A stretch of 54,229 bases of DNA from a virus. Its lineage: Duplodnaviria; Caudoviricetes. Positions 8,601 to 16,651 of the stretch are shown here, in pieces; position 1 is the stretch's first letter; every line of letters starts with the position of its first letter. The stretch is taken from positions 1 through 54,229 of the IMG/VR virus record IMGVR_UViG_3300030433_002535. One strand, given 5' to 3'. The notes under the pieces are model-generated. The model made no database searches and was not told the origin of the DNA. It saw nothing but the letters and a program-made list of their open reading frames with translations. A program made the translations under genes and the position numbers.

Positions 8601-10448
8601 ATCCAAATCACCGCCCCAGAGCGAAAGTTCATCGACCAATACAGCGTGTACAGGGATATTCTGAATAACGAGAAGTCGACGGAAAAAGAGAAAGAGGATG
8701 CTCAAGAACAACTGGAGATTATGATGAAGCAATACGAAAAGGGCGGAGTCGCAGAAGAGAGGGTTGGTGTGTCATACCACCCGAATCTCGGTTTTGCCAA
8801 GAGCCCCATCGATAAACTGCTCGAGGAATTGGGCTATCGCTTCACTGACAGAGAAGGAACTGGGTCGCAAGCCTACAATCTGGAGCAATACGGAGAGCCA
8901 AGCGCTCTATCAGATTTATGCTATGTGCAAGCCCACCCGATGGATTTCAATGAGATAGAGACTGAGACGGGCAGTTTCACTCCACATAGCCTCATAATGG
9001 CTCTAGCCTCCGCCGCTTTGTATGGCGAAACCGCAGATTTACCGGGCTCCTATGACCGTGAGAGTGGGTGGTCAAACTTCACATACGCACCGAGTGCGGG
9101 TGATGGTGGGTCACTAGACAAGTTGAGAGAGAAAACCAAAGTGGAATTCAACAAGATAGTTCAAGAAATGGCAAAATGGCAGCCCAATACCTTATTGTCA
9201 TTGATGAGGCACGGGGGGCTCACTCACTTAGCAGGGAACCCCGAAGTGAGAAACAACTTGGAGAAAATGGTCAGTGCCACGCACTACAATCTAGATTTAG
9301 GTGGTGCTAGGACAGACCGTGATAGATGGCAAGAAGCCGTTCCCCTCAATAACGTGCATGAGGTAAAAGCGGCAATACGTGACCATGCCCACCATGCCAA
9401 AATGATTAATGATATTATTGAGGAGGTCAACATGCTCAAGCAAGCCAAAGAGAAGCATAGGTCATCATTAGATGAATTGATAGGCAGTGGCGCTGACCAA
9501 GCGCGGATAGCAGCAACGCAGGACGCCTTGGATGTGACCAATGGGCATCTACGCAGACTTAACGATGAACTCAGAGCACTCAGAGGCGACAAGGCTCTAG
9601 AACTTCCCGCGGACAGCGACCCCGGTGTCGATTTCTTATGGGACGATGGCAATCCTTGGACAATCTCCGGCGATAATCTCGTGAAGAACGTACGTTTCGT
9701 AGAAGGAGGATGGGAGAGCGAAGACCAGCAAATGGCCGAACGCGCATCTTTAGATGAACCTGAAGGAATGGTACCACGCTTCTACCAAGAGACTTACACT
9801 GATGCAAACGGTCATTCTCGAGTCCGCTTGGTCCCGAATACCAATTTCGACAAGGAAGTGGAAATGCTAAGTCAAGCAATTGAAGGGGTAGGTAGTACGG
9901 GACTAGGCAGTTTCCCATTCACTCCCGAGTCGTTCCAGAGGTTCCCGATATCAAGATTAGATGAGCAAGAAAGAAGCAGTTACATGAGATATCCCTCTGG
10001 GGTAGTCACCAATGACAAACCTACAGCACCAAGCCGCGTGTACAGCACAACTGGTATAGGACCAAGTACAGTAGTGCCACAGGAAGAGTGGCTAGACCCA
10101 ATCCACGGTGTAGATACTAGACCCCCTCTGCCAGCAGTGGGCAGCATAGTCACTAGAAAGGGAGTAGAGAGGCCATACACAGAGGAAGATAGACTGCAAG
10201 ACCTCAGGGATGCTATAAAAAGAGGGCATGGAACTACGAAATTCGCAGGTGACGGTGATGACATCGAACCAGCCCCGCATCAGGTCATGGACGGCGGTGG
10301 GTACCTCTCTCCTCAACGAGGTTACTTCCACCCTGAGTCAATAGCATCGAGAATGTCTGATGATAGTGAAGACGACATTATAGAAATGAGTTGGAAAACT
10401 GGTGACCCCTTAGAGGATGCCATGAGAATTCTCAAGATTCTTTCATAA
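2676..10448 (+). CDS. Giant (2590 aa) orphan protein, possibly an internal virion/ejection protein
   Basis: Uninterrupted ORF coupled to tfs (TGATG). Has coiled-coil segments, CPEC and CRHCNKDG...CPDCDGTGLC Cys motifs, and tag variants at both ends (DWWNVLKR; GDPLEDAMRILK). Function is inferred. Confidence 0.85.
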   Translation: MQSKDWWNVLKRRKDDDDEDHGQYDRMDVPSEFGPAADESEQDEEKAEDASMTMADMVNLDALEELGVHTENIAHPFDGGEPYDDTALANSMKQWVDNGMVREGEELPGNIKDILLSVFLLGTSNLKGVDSLGRAYGGSDKFGRGRDVMALKDFLRLTTELYAKDPDSGELVLRTNRRIGEAQDRLDEAIRQRAEDESSVPERQIEMLEFDLSQAREAVDAQIARRDKLKEDAEKSLNDLVGQLGGRFSEPAMLSLMAKYWAQYVHGDDWLMEGLQGKEYFDAEAWQEHNDALVEQLKLVMSLQDEDAIQRVRASLDEHKESKYKMGSEEFKKERMRKSRLFSSLQSIYADMWRDIFNPILTWNQRQQGERLIARAHDVIESGNLPNFWNTDLDTIYGVESDKGRPHTYSSYNPELFNPQHYEAGGPLSEEILYSETAADAVRKLMERFPTMQGCHATTDLLNRLERGAESKNTQVKEWLEHIRHPATLDNVIGTSQTYQGHLSGLSHGHICPECQNGNHDHFLKDDASPFQPRLLNPNSDQQASKLAGAPFSQSEGAMRVIRAVNEKRETYRELVKQSEKLKREAEKLYAQGDEQGAIAKRMEFDRVRTSLLSRDQLHAMAAEPPPEGTVTLTDSEGNEVPMDFVRIPSFESFEDEALEAAAQSGELATPSGYADIDPDTGLIRDIVLGAKQKGKTRPSILRNAVGLERDINDIMMRVRDPEGEEVEPISSELWSIQRDKGDRLPGTEDRERQLARAHSHLGERAGHSLDYTPQVAELQSTWAFIKERMDSLRGLREAVSKGESPNTEGSFIHDWDDALRQWTMSKRTGEIDHYDIFARLKTLEEADSDNEKLSKLAKETGMKTNALKQSLREPLQFHRELAYLIHDLSTRTSMPPRAWKENQQRLGRDEDMPLGKFDSSMQGMDVQREAGMQAPTRERVHSSQNIDPLLRFVYETKENNRSKTVMQEKTVVKDGKKQTIEVPVVVPWSWQGGAIPADDRKRTWTQRDPEGAIPMGRRTLAAADVIDPETGGRLLLNETLLRDYQTRNLRMGPKDRKTPEGKGDFPPVVLHPPHVRKNKKALGYNADIENAIEANVNMHVNALSLRTHNNYGQPAAEQIGYVQPFEISPYWAVALQYGFPQHMMSDEDGTTFHGEGGWPIDSEGNPDYSRRDAFLKIFDFAMRGGSLSQYYSRVSPETGELERLPTMDVLSQWTDSKGMPVIIPLLLSGIMNHIMGNNTIEKWENTFLPAEAEGNVPRGEDSAWRAQFPHKANLYDALKKDLLDWVVNPEAHLRKLQAQMGVKIGEETVSGDDFVPGTLSIQRNEQTNRNPTGGFERCRHCNKDGYINYDTLVTRGMAQGSIDPMAGQEDKVAGVEKMLEDGIAKVWGDQNDWREQYKAEAPHLNRPAANVHITGVRFTCPDCDGTGLCGGHHPERNQGTELPDNLSHIYSGLLDKAHDYRTADAAMATSLMSPGPTYILGETMEDFFARNPELDPSLSDDIDSKYWMSSYFQSMGHGEHQSSFFGTGEMSFREAIEAAIAGHSAHEADKIRSADFTKRGEEFGQRFRKPEPESEESKEVLEIQHQLERINEKMHEFSERDYTHREMTRRNAQGTLKTVKKKGKPPVWSKDPENVGGPLSQAEQENFMKLRHLRDRLRRRLHYINAGDSAETAAEKAEQEHAERLSRFQEQPEVEPVERKSRVYEKGPGVYHGADSNGVLYRWAADKNKVFGTASQWGLVGDSPHMLQYDDATMKYIGHKKKMDALQREMWDPDLPEKELREKQKQHAKMMQEGEELFRKAPFHIDFETHFNTVNRLMGILRDSSQSDEEKNEAALQLSLMPPLSRVLVQHQDEKSGKMKYSYLVYPRIDGATPAEVLGFDYVSDLMGEEYTKQVDWSGKLRELQKQAELHGRLSEMLEPILDVMGRSGRTSDDIANMSAEEFKSALDDLGVTDRYGAPVLGVTDRGGYPLMSKIQITAPERKFIDQYSVYRDILNNEKSTEKEKEDAQEQLEIMMKQYEKGGVAEERVGVSYHPNLGFAKSPIDKLLEELGYRFTDREGTGSQAYNLEQYGEPSALSDLCYVQAHPMDFNEIETETGSFTPHSLIMALASAALYGETADLPGSYDRESGWSNFTYAPSAGDGGSLDKLREKTKVEFNKIVQEMAKWQPNTLLSLMRHGGLTHLAGNPEVRNNLEKMVSATHYNLDLGGARTDRDRWQEAVPLNNVHEVKAAIRDHAHHAKMINDIIEEVNMLKQAKEKHRSSLDELIGSGADQARIAATQDALDVTNGHLRRLNDELRALRGDKALELPADSDPGVDFLWDDGNPWTISGDNLVKNVRFVEGGWESEDQQMAERASLDEPEGMVPRFYQETYTDANGHSRVRLVPNTNFDKEVEMLSQAIEGVGSTGLGSFPFTPESFQRFPISRLDEQERSSYMRYPSGVVTNDKPTAPSRVYSTTGIGPSTVVPQEEWLDPIHGVDTRPPLPAVGSIVTRKGVERPYTEEDRLQDLRDAIKRGHGTTKFAGDGDDIEPAPHQVMDGGGYLSPQRGYFHPESIASRMSDDSEDDIIEMSWKTGDPLEDAMRILKILS

Positions 10449-10465
10449 TTCTATTCCAATAATAC

Positions 10466-10490
10466 TCTTCTTTTTTACTAAAGAAAAAGA
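10466..10490 (+). terminator. Putative archaeal oligo-T terminator / TCTTTTT...AAAAAGA inverted repeat
   Basis: TCTTCTTTTTTACTAAAGAAAAAGA in the AT-rich intergenic gap just after the giant ORF. Confidence 0.5.
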
Positions 10491-10569
10491 TAAGAAAATC
10501 AATAACACGGTCAGCCTTACAACAGGAGGGTATATGTGCTAGTTGTTTTTCGGAGTCTCAAGGAGAGCA

Positions 10570-11121
10570 ATGAGCATGCAGTCCCTACCCCCATTACAAC
10601 CAAATGATTCTAGCGCTGACGAGATACGAGTTCTAGGACTGATAACCTTCGTATCTATTCTGGTCGGAGCAGCCATAGCCGTCTTTGATGCTGGCTTGTG
10701 GTTGAGGATGGAGGGAGATGTAAGAACCAACGCGGCGACTTACTCAATGGGAGCCTTCACTCTTCAGGGAATGTCATTCGTTCTGTACAAACTCCTCATG
10801 CAAGAGAACCTCGACCATCGTGCGACATTCGCGAGGATGGACAGGGACAGGGCTCGTAAGATGCAGGGCATGCAGCAAGCCATGGCTAACAAGCAGATGG
10901 AACTCGAGATGAAGATGCAGGAGGCTCAGTTCATGAGGCAATTGAGCATGATGGAGCATCAGAATGAGATGCAGATGGGCGATATGGACTCTGGTTTGCC
11001 TCAACACGGCCCTGAGGACAAGGGTGGTATAGACCTCGGTGGGAGCAAGGCCGTGACAAAGAGTCAGAGTAATAAGCATGATGCTCGTGACAAGTCTGGG
11101 AAGTTCTCTAAGAAGGCTTGA
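10570..11121 (+). CDS. Membrane protein (2 predicted TM helices plus Met/Gln-rich coiled coil)
   Basis: Hydrophobic segments VLGLITFVSILVGAAIAVF and YSMGAFTLQGMSFVLY, followed by an M/Q/E-rich helix. ATG at 10570 is preceded by AGGAG. Confidence 0.75.
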   Translation: MSMQSLPPLQPNDSSADEIRVLGLITFVSILVGAAIAVFDAGLWLRMEGDVRTNAATYSMGAFTLQGMSFVLYKLLMQENLDHRATFARMDRDRARKMQGMQQAMANKQMELEMKMQEAQFMRQLSMMEHQNEMQMGDMDSGLPQHGPEDKGGIDLGGSKAVTKSQSNKHDARDKSGKFSKKA

Positions 11122-11369
11122 TTATGGGTTGGTTATTTCACACACCGAGCGATGACACCACCGAAGCGACCCTGAGAGGGTTGCACATGGCAAACACCCT
11201 AGACAACTATTACGAGTATGGCTGGGGCTGGGCTCGCACTCTTCTCTTCACTGTCAGTGCTGTTTTCATCACGTCCTTCGTCGAGAAGACGATGGACATC
11301 AGCGTTTGGGACAGAACGATAGAGTGGTTCATCGAATATGCTCAAGACAAAGTGAATGGATGGACGTGA
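11118..11369 (+). CDS. Small membrane protein
   Basis: 83 aa with hydrophobic segment WARTLLFTVSAVFITSFV. TTG overlaps the upstream stop (TTGA); ATG at 11124 is an alternative start. Confidence 0.7.
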   Translation: MIMGWLFHTPSDDTTEATLRGLHMANTLDNYYEYGWGWARTLLFTVSAVFITSFVEKTMDISVWDRTIEWFIEYAQDKVNGWT

Positions 11370-11377
11370 TTTGTTGA

Positions 11378-12097
11378 ATGGTGGGAGTAGCAGGCTCAGT
11401 GCTGATGGGCGCAGTGGTGTACGGCAAGGAACTCTACAACTTCCTAAAACCTCGAAGAATTGGCGTGTACGGGCCGTCAATGGTTGGAAAAACTACGTTA
11501 GACAGGTACATGACGACTCCGGGAGAAATGGCAGACGTAGAAGAGAGGACTACGCATACAAGCCGCCTAGTAGGGGGAGGTCACGTACTCCCCAAGGCTA
11601 CAAGGAAAAGAGTGAGATGGCATGGAGAGAAGAGAGTCATCCATTCGGCGGACCTCGGAGGCCAGCAGAGATTCTGGAACCTGTGGGTGGACGACATGGT
11701 AGAAAGACAGGTGGAGGTAGTGGTATTCCTGATAGACGACAGAGGGAAGAATGGCTCAAATGCAGACATAATAGACGCAGTGGGAGGTCTAGACTACCTC
11801 GTAGACTCATTAATCGAGAGGAATTGGAGGTATCGAAGCCTCAAGACTTGGTGGAAGGGACGAAAATACGCCCCGAAGCAGATATGGGTAATCGCCAACA
11901 AGGCCGACAAGTGGTGGGACCAGAACGCAAACATCCTGTGGCAGGCCAAGAGGCTTCGGGAGCACAACATATTCGACCCTTACAGGGAATCCATGGTGAA
12001 ACTCCAAAAGGCAGGCATTCCCTGCAGAGTCAACATGATGGCGACCAAGATAGGGTGGAACGTCGAGCAGAGCCTCCTCGAGATGCTCAGTTGGTGA
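11378..12097 (+). CDS. Small Ras-superfamily (Arf-like) GTPase with hydrophobic N-terminus
   Basis: G1 GPSMVGKTT, G3 DLGGQQRFWNLW (compare Arf DVGGQ..RPLW), G4 NKAD, and a G5-like MAT; N-terminal MVGVAGSVLMGAVVY. Confidence 0.88.
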   Translation: MVGVAGSVLMGAVVYGKELYNFLKPRRIGVYGPSMVGKTTLDRYMTTPGEMADVEERTTHTSRLVGGGHVLPKATRKRVRWHGEKRVIHSADLGGQQRFWNLWVDDMVERQVEVVVFLIDDRGKNGSNADIIDAVGGLDYLVDSLIERNWRYRSLKTWWKGRKYAPKQIWVIANKADKWWDQNANILWQAKRLREHNIFDPYRESMVKLQKAGIPCRVNMMATKIGWNVEQSLLEMLSW

Positions 12098-12101
12098 AAT
12101 A

Positions 12102-13097
12102 ATGGTAATGAACACAATGAATCCCTTTGGACAAACCGCCGGACAGCCTCTAGCAACGCAGACCAGTCAAGAAATGGTGAACCTAGCAGCGAATTCGCAG
12201 GTCCCGCTTGCTCAGTTGCAGCAGATGGCTCAAGCCCAGAACATGATGCAGGACGCTGCCATGCAGAGACACATAGAGATACCCAAGGTGAACTTCTATC
12301 CTTCCAACCATCCCAATCCCAAGAAGGCTAGAAGGGCGGACATCCGACAAGCCTACAAGTTGCTCGCTCCTACCAAGAGGAGCATTCTCTCACCTAGGAG
12401 ATACTGGTTTGGTGGCAAGTACGCTTTCGTAGGAGATGCGACTCGTTGCGTCGTCGACGGCTGCGATATCGATGAACTGCTCAGGGCTGCTGGGAACGTC
12501 TATGACATGATAAAAGACGAGGACACTGGGGAGTCCCTGTACGACCTGTACTTCAAAGACCCAGTGACAGGAGCGCCTCAGGCCTTCCAAGCAAGGGAGC
12601 ACGTCACGAGTGGTAGGTTGCTACGAGGGACATATTGCCCCGAGCATCTTCATCTCTACCATCTTCTCACCAAGTGGGAGAGGGCAGAGCAAGAAGAGGA
12701 GAGCGGCAGTACGAGCAGTCTCAAGACCAAACTCAACAAAGGGGTGTCTATGGTCACTGTACCAGTGACTGGCTTTGCCATGAAGGACAACACCCCTCCA
12801 CAATTAGCCCCTTACGAGCCCTTCTTCAATATGCTCAAACAGGATAACATCCCAGTCGTACGCATCAAGGATGCCATGAAGAGAGACAAGCAAGTGATAG
12901 TCATCTTCGACATGGACCAATTCCAGACTGGCGCTAATAATCGTCTTCTGACAGACGCTGAGATGAGTGCGCCTCCCCTGCCTACGGAAAGCGTCACTGC
13001 CAATACCATGGGTCTCGCGGAACTGTTAAGCCAAACGGCCCCTGCCCCTCCACAACCAGAAGCGGTGGAGAATGCGGAGTCAGAGGTGGTAGAATGA
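12102..13097 (+). CDS. Hypothetical protein with dispersed Cys/His metal-binding motif
   Basis: 331 aa; Q/M-rich N-terminus; CVVDGC...YCPEH; same operon as the GTPase. Confidence 0.75.
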   Translation: MVMNTMNPFGQTAGQPLATQTSQEMVNLAANSQVPLAQLQQMAQAQNMMQDAAMQRHIEIPKVNFYPSNHPNPKKARRADIRQAYKLLAPTKRSILSPRRYWFGGKYAFVGDATRCVVDGCDIDELLRAAGNVYDMIKDEDTGESLYDLYFKDPVTGAPQAFQAREHVTSGRLLRGTYCPEHLHLYHLLTKWERAEQEEESGSTSSLKTKLNKGVSMVTVPVTGFAMKDNTPPQLAPYEPFFNMLKQDNIPVVRIKDAMKRDKQVIVIFDMDQFQTGANNRLLTDAEMSAPPLPTESVTANTMGLAELLSQTAPAPPQPEAVENAESEVVE

Positions 13098-13714
13098 GTC
13101 TTTTCGGTAGTAGCCCTGACATGTCTAACACTCTTTCTCTAGGCCTGCCTAATGGGCAGCAGAGCCTCCCATCACAATCTATGGGAATGGGGGGATGGGG
13201 TGCACCTCCCATGTACGACCAGAGTGGAGCGTCATTCGGTGCTGGTCTCATGGGGGCTATGGGCATGCAGCCAGCAGCGCCCATGGCACCACCATCGGAT
13301 TTGGAAGTAATGGCTGCTTTGATACAAACCAGCGCACCAGTGGATAGGTGGTTCTCAGGGCCTAACATGCAGACGCTAGTCTCCCTCATGTACAAGGTCA
13401 GCAGCCTAGCCACTATCGAGGTGCTCAAGAATGCCAAGATAGTCGAAGACGATAACGGTGACATGGTGTTCGATTTCACATCATTCTCCACTGCACCTAC
13501 TTCTGATAGCGTCACCATGGAGGCAAACAACCTACAGACTGCAGCACAAGCGCAAGTAACTGCGGCTCATCAGCAACAGCAAGCCATCCTCAACATGGTC
13601 CAGCAGAACCTCATGAGCGGCGCTTTGAGTGCGGCAATGGCGAATCCGGGCATGATGGAGAGCGTAGGCAGCGGTGTGGGTAGCGTGTTCAGAAGCATGA
13701 TGGGGGTGCGATGA
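13094..13714 (+). CDS. Hypothetical Met/Gly/Gln-rich protein with amphipathic C-terminus
   Basis: 206 aa with ATGA overlaps at both ends. Confidence 0.75.
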   Translation: MSLFGSSPDMSNTLSLGLPNGQQSLPSQSMGMGGWGAPPMYDQSGASFGAGLMGAMGMQPAAPMAPPSDLEVMAALIQTSAPVDRWFSGPNMQTLVSLMYKVSSLATIEVLKNAKIVEDDNGDMVFDFTSFSTAPTSDSVTMEANNLQTAAQAQVTAAHQQQQAILNMVQQNLMSGALSAAMANPGMMESVGSGVGSVFRSMMGVR

Positions 13715-13956
13715 TGCCCATAGACACCTTCAATGATATGATGTACGGCATGTACGACATGACCCAGATAAAGAAGTCGTCGCTCATAGACATGATAATG
13801 GTGCAGGTTATCAGTCTCACTTTGGGGGCATTCATACTGATTGCCTACTCGGCTTATGACATGAACCAGACGGAACTCATGTACTCAATGGGAATCCTGT
13901 TCTCTAGCCTGCTCCTCACTGGCACTGTCTACAAGCGCCTCGGAGACAAGGCCTGA
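13711..13956 (+). CDS. Small 2-TM membrane protein (holin-like topology)
   Basis: 81 aa, two hydrophobic helices and a basic C-terminus YKRLGDKA. Holin function is only a guess from topology. Confidence 0.7.
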   Translation: MMPIDTFNDMMYGMYDMTQIKKSSLIDMIMVQVISLTLGAFILIAYSAYDMNQTELMYSMGILFSSLLLTGTVYKRLGDKA

Positions 13957-14226
13957 CCACTTCCCCACAGGGCACTCGCTGTTTCGTAGTTTTGCTTTGT
14001 AACTTATGAAACAACCACAGAGGTCGCATCTCGCCTCTCTCCGATGCTCACAGGTCATGCAAGTCTCCTCTCGCGCCTTCCGTATTTCCTCAGGGGCATG
14101 ACTCCCTGTGATTATATCCAATCCTGCCCTTCTCAGGTCTCCTAGAGTGCGTTTCGTCAAAGGCACCCCCATCACTTTTTTCGCGCGGCCCAAACGAAAG
14201 GGCTTAGAGCGCGGCCCTTGTCTCAC
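13885..14226 (-). CDS. Small Cys-rich protein (DUF6171-like); the only convincing minus-strand gene
   Basis: R...CMTCEH..RCDLCGCFI..KAKL..SECPVGKW pattern, common in phages. The start could be ATG at 14172. Confidence 0.75.
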   Translation of the reverse strand: MRQGPRSKPFRLGRAKKVMGVPLTKRTLGDLRRAGLDIITGSHAPEEIRKAREETCMTCEHRREARCDLCGCFISYKAKLRNSECPVGKWSGLVSEALVDSASEEQAREQDSH

Positions 14227-14231
14227 ACGCT

Positions 14232-14915
14232 GTGAGCGGGCGCGTTACACGTCAATCTTGCGCTTTTTGTCAGCACGGGGACCGTGATTCTCTGGAAGAA
14301 GGGCTATTGCAAGGCAGCATATTGCCGAAGACACTAGACAAGGACATGGGATGGCGTGAGGGAACTGCAGACCGACACTTCAGGAATCACATGGGAGAGT
14401 TCCATATGGGGTCGAACAGCGATTGTGTGGTCTGCACTCATCCTGAGAGGGCTGAGTTGGAACAAGCCTACTTCACTGGTGGCATGAATAGCGAGGCCAT
14501 AGCAGAAATAATCGGATGTAGCGAGTCAACGGTCTACCATCATCTGAAGCATCACCTGAAGCCTCTCGTGCAGAAGAGCGCTGCAGACATAATATCGATT
14601 GCAACAGGGAAGGAAATGGATATGATGCGTTCCAATCTAGAGAGGGTGAATGGTGAATTAGGGCTCTTCCTCGATGACGCTGATAGAAACGACCCCTCCT
14701 ACATCAAGAATCTAGTCAGTCTCCACAAGGAAGTACGCGACACCCTCACAACCATGGTCAGGTTCCAAGAGAAGGCCATGGGGGAGAACAGCCAAAGCAT
14801 TCAAGCCGACACTGTGAACATCCTCAAGGTCGAACTGTCCAAGGAATCACCCGAGGTCTGGAAGAGAGTGCGTGCTAAATTACTCGAAGAGGAGGAAGAA
14901 GTCATTGAATCCTGA
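14232..14915 (+). CDS. Tandem Zn-finger/HTH DNA-binding protein with C-terminal helices; candidate terminase small subunit
   Basis: Two repeats of CxxCxH...HTH...Hxx(x)H (CAFCQH..RHFRNH; CVVCTH..SEAIAEIIGCSESTVYHHLKHH). It heads the operon leading to TerL. The TerS role is inferred. Confidence 0.55.
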   Translation: MSGRVTRQSCAFCQHGDRDSLEEGLLQGSILPKTLDKDMGWREGTADRHFRNHMGEFHMGSNSDCVVCTHPERAELEQAYFTGGMNSEAIAEIIGCSESTVYHHLKHHLKPLVQKSAADIISIATGKEMDMMRSNLERVNGELGLFLDDADRNDPSYIKNLVSLHKEVRDTLTTMVRFQEKAMGENSQSIQADTVNILKVELSKESPEVWKRVRAKLLEEEEEVIES

Positions 14916-15354
14916 TAAACTGGCGACCAGCGTGGAGACTCCAGTAAGCGAGTTGATATGCTTCGATATGAAGATGTCCAGCATACTGAGGGACTCTGGG
15001 CCGATACATGCGAAGGAGATGCCCTTCTTCTTGTCTCTACTCGATGACGTGGTGAATCGTTGGTATGGGGCGATAGGGCAGATGAATCAAAAGATATACT
15101 CATCCTACCATGAAGACGTCGGGCTCATAGCCTCCCTCAGATTCTCCTTCGACAAGTTCCTCAGGTGTGATGACGAGAACACCTTCGTCATACGCAAGGA
15201 GTTGTACGAGATATGCCACGCTGTCATTAGAGTCGTTGACAAAATGGCAAACGTGTTCTCAGGGCCTGTGGAACTGAAAGACTTCTACCACAATATCAAT
15301 AGCCGCCTGCTAGGCACCTTGGAAGCCATCCCGGAGGGCAAGCATGGCTGGTAA
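14905..15354 (+). CDS. Hypothetical helical protein
   Basis: In-frame TTG at 14905 is preceded by GAGGAGG. The ORF track starts it at 14872. Confidence 0.65.
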   Translation: MNPDKLATSVETPVSELICFDMKMSSILRDSGPIHAKEMPFFLSLLDDVVNRWYGAIGQMNQKIYSSYHEDVGLIASLRFSFDKFLRCDDENTFVIRKELYEICHAVIRVVDKMANVFSGPVELKDFYHNINSRLLGTLEAIPEGKHGW

Positions 15355-16651
15355 GATATTCGTCAAGAATGCAGGAGGTGGCCTGAGAGGCTCCACCTCT
15401 GGCCTTAGATTCAATCCTCGAGAGGCTCCTGAGTTCGTCGAAGAGGACCGCACATACGCTCGCGGGGATGAGCCTGAGAAGAAGGTTCTCGAGGAGGAGA
15501 AGAAGAGGCGTGAGAAAGAGCACAGGCAGAAGAAGATAACAGGTTTGCAACACGTCACTCTCACATCGAAGAAGACTCGCCGGGGAGAGAGGGACGACGC
15601 TCGTAATGACGAGGAACTGTCTGAGATGACAGGGCCTGCTAGTAGCACTGGCTATCCATTGGACGTAGCATCTGGGGCAAAGACAGGAGGTGGCTCGGCT
15701 ATGGGAGGAGCCCCAGTCAACATCATGACCAGCGATGACCGATTGGCTCCCTTCGATGTGCTCAGGAAGAAGGTCTTCGAGAGAAAAAACGAGGCTGAGC
15801 CTCTGAGAGTGGACAAGCCGTTCCAGAGCACCATGGGGCAGCCCGGCGTGATGACCGAGAGGCCCAAGGACGAGACCACTGAGCAGGCTAGGTTCCGCTC
15901 TGACCCCACTAAGAGGCGTGGCAAGTTGAGAGTATTCGGTCGTAACCCGAATAAGCACAGCACTATCAGTGGGTTGGCCAAAAGGACCGTCGAGGCTCTG
16001 AAGAACAGTTTCTTCAACAGAATCACCCAACTCCGACTGAGGGGTAGCGGAAGGCCCAAGATAAGTTGGGACCCTAGAGCGAAGAACTCCTCCATCATGT
16101 TCCAAGACAGCCAGAGAAGGCTCCCGGTCACAGATACGAACCCAACTATCCCTTTCCAGTCGGGTAGGAGGGAGAAGAACTTGAATCATGGTGGTAGGGG
16201 TCGTTCCTTGTATCGGCATTTCAAGGCCCTGATGACCCCAAGGAAGCCAAGAGTCCCAATGGGAATGGGCCACTCCAAAGCCTTGGAAAGTCCCACTGCA
16301 CCCCCAAAGGGCCCAAATCTAGGACGTGGTATGTCACATATCAACTTCAATCTTGGTGCACCAAGACCTGTTGCCAAATCACTCGATACAATAGCCAAAG
16401 CGCAGTTGTCACAGACAGACATCTCCGAGTTCAAATGGCTAATCCGAGAATTGCGGAGAATCCTACGTGGTGCATCGCTCTTCAAGAGCCTAGAAGACGC
16501 GGAGCATGATGAGGAGAGACCAACTCCCAATGCTCATCGACTCACTACTTCCTCACCTACGGGTGCTACTGAGGTAGACCCTGACGACGACCCTCGTTAC
16601 TGGGGCTCTCATCCGATAGGCCTACTAGTCGCTAGAAGGGGGCATATGTGA
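15344..16651 (+). CDS. Basic, largely disordered hypothetical protein (possible DNA-associated head protein)
   Basis: 435 aa, R/K/P-rich; contains IMTSDDRLAPFDVLRKK and VAKS, IAKA, LFKS sites. Confidence 0.75.
   Translation: MAGKIFVKNAGGGLRGSTSGLRFNPREAPEFVEEDRTYARGDEPEKKVLEEEKKRREKEHRQKKITGLQHVTLTSKKTRRGERDDARNDEELSEMTGPASSTGYPLDVASGAKTGGGSAMGGAPVNIMTSDDRLAPFDVLRKKVFERKNEAEPLRVDKPFQSTMGQPGVMTERPKDETTEQARFRSDPTKRRGKLRVFGRNPNKHSTISGLAKRTVEALKNSFFNRITQLRLRGSGRPKISWDPRAKNSSIMFQDSQRRLPVTDTNPTIPFQSGRREKNLNHGGRGRSLYRHFKALMTPRKPRVPMGMGHSKALESPTAPPKGPNLGRGMSHINFNLGAPRPVAKSLDTIAKAQLSQTDISEFKWLIRELRRILRGASLFKSLEDAEHDEERPTPNAHRLTTSSPTGATEVDPDDDPRYWGSHPIGLLVARRGHM

Noticed and set aside
11356-12102. 248-aa alternative-frame ORF over the GTPase
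   Set aside because: It fully overlaps a gene with clear G-motifs, and its R/G-rich composition is typical of a shadow frame.
15296-16273. 325-aa minus-strand ORF
   Set aside because: Antisense to a coupled + strand gene, with no motifs or expression signals.
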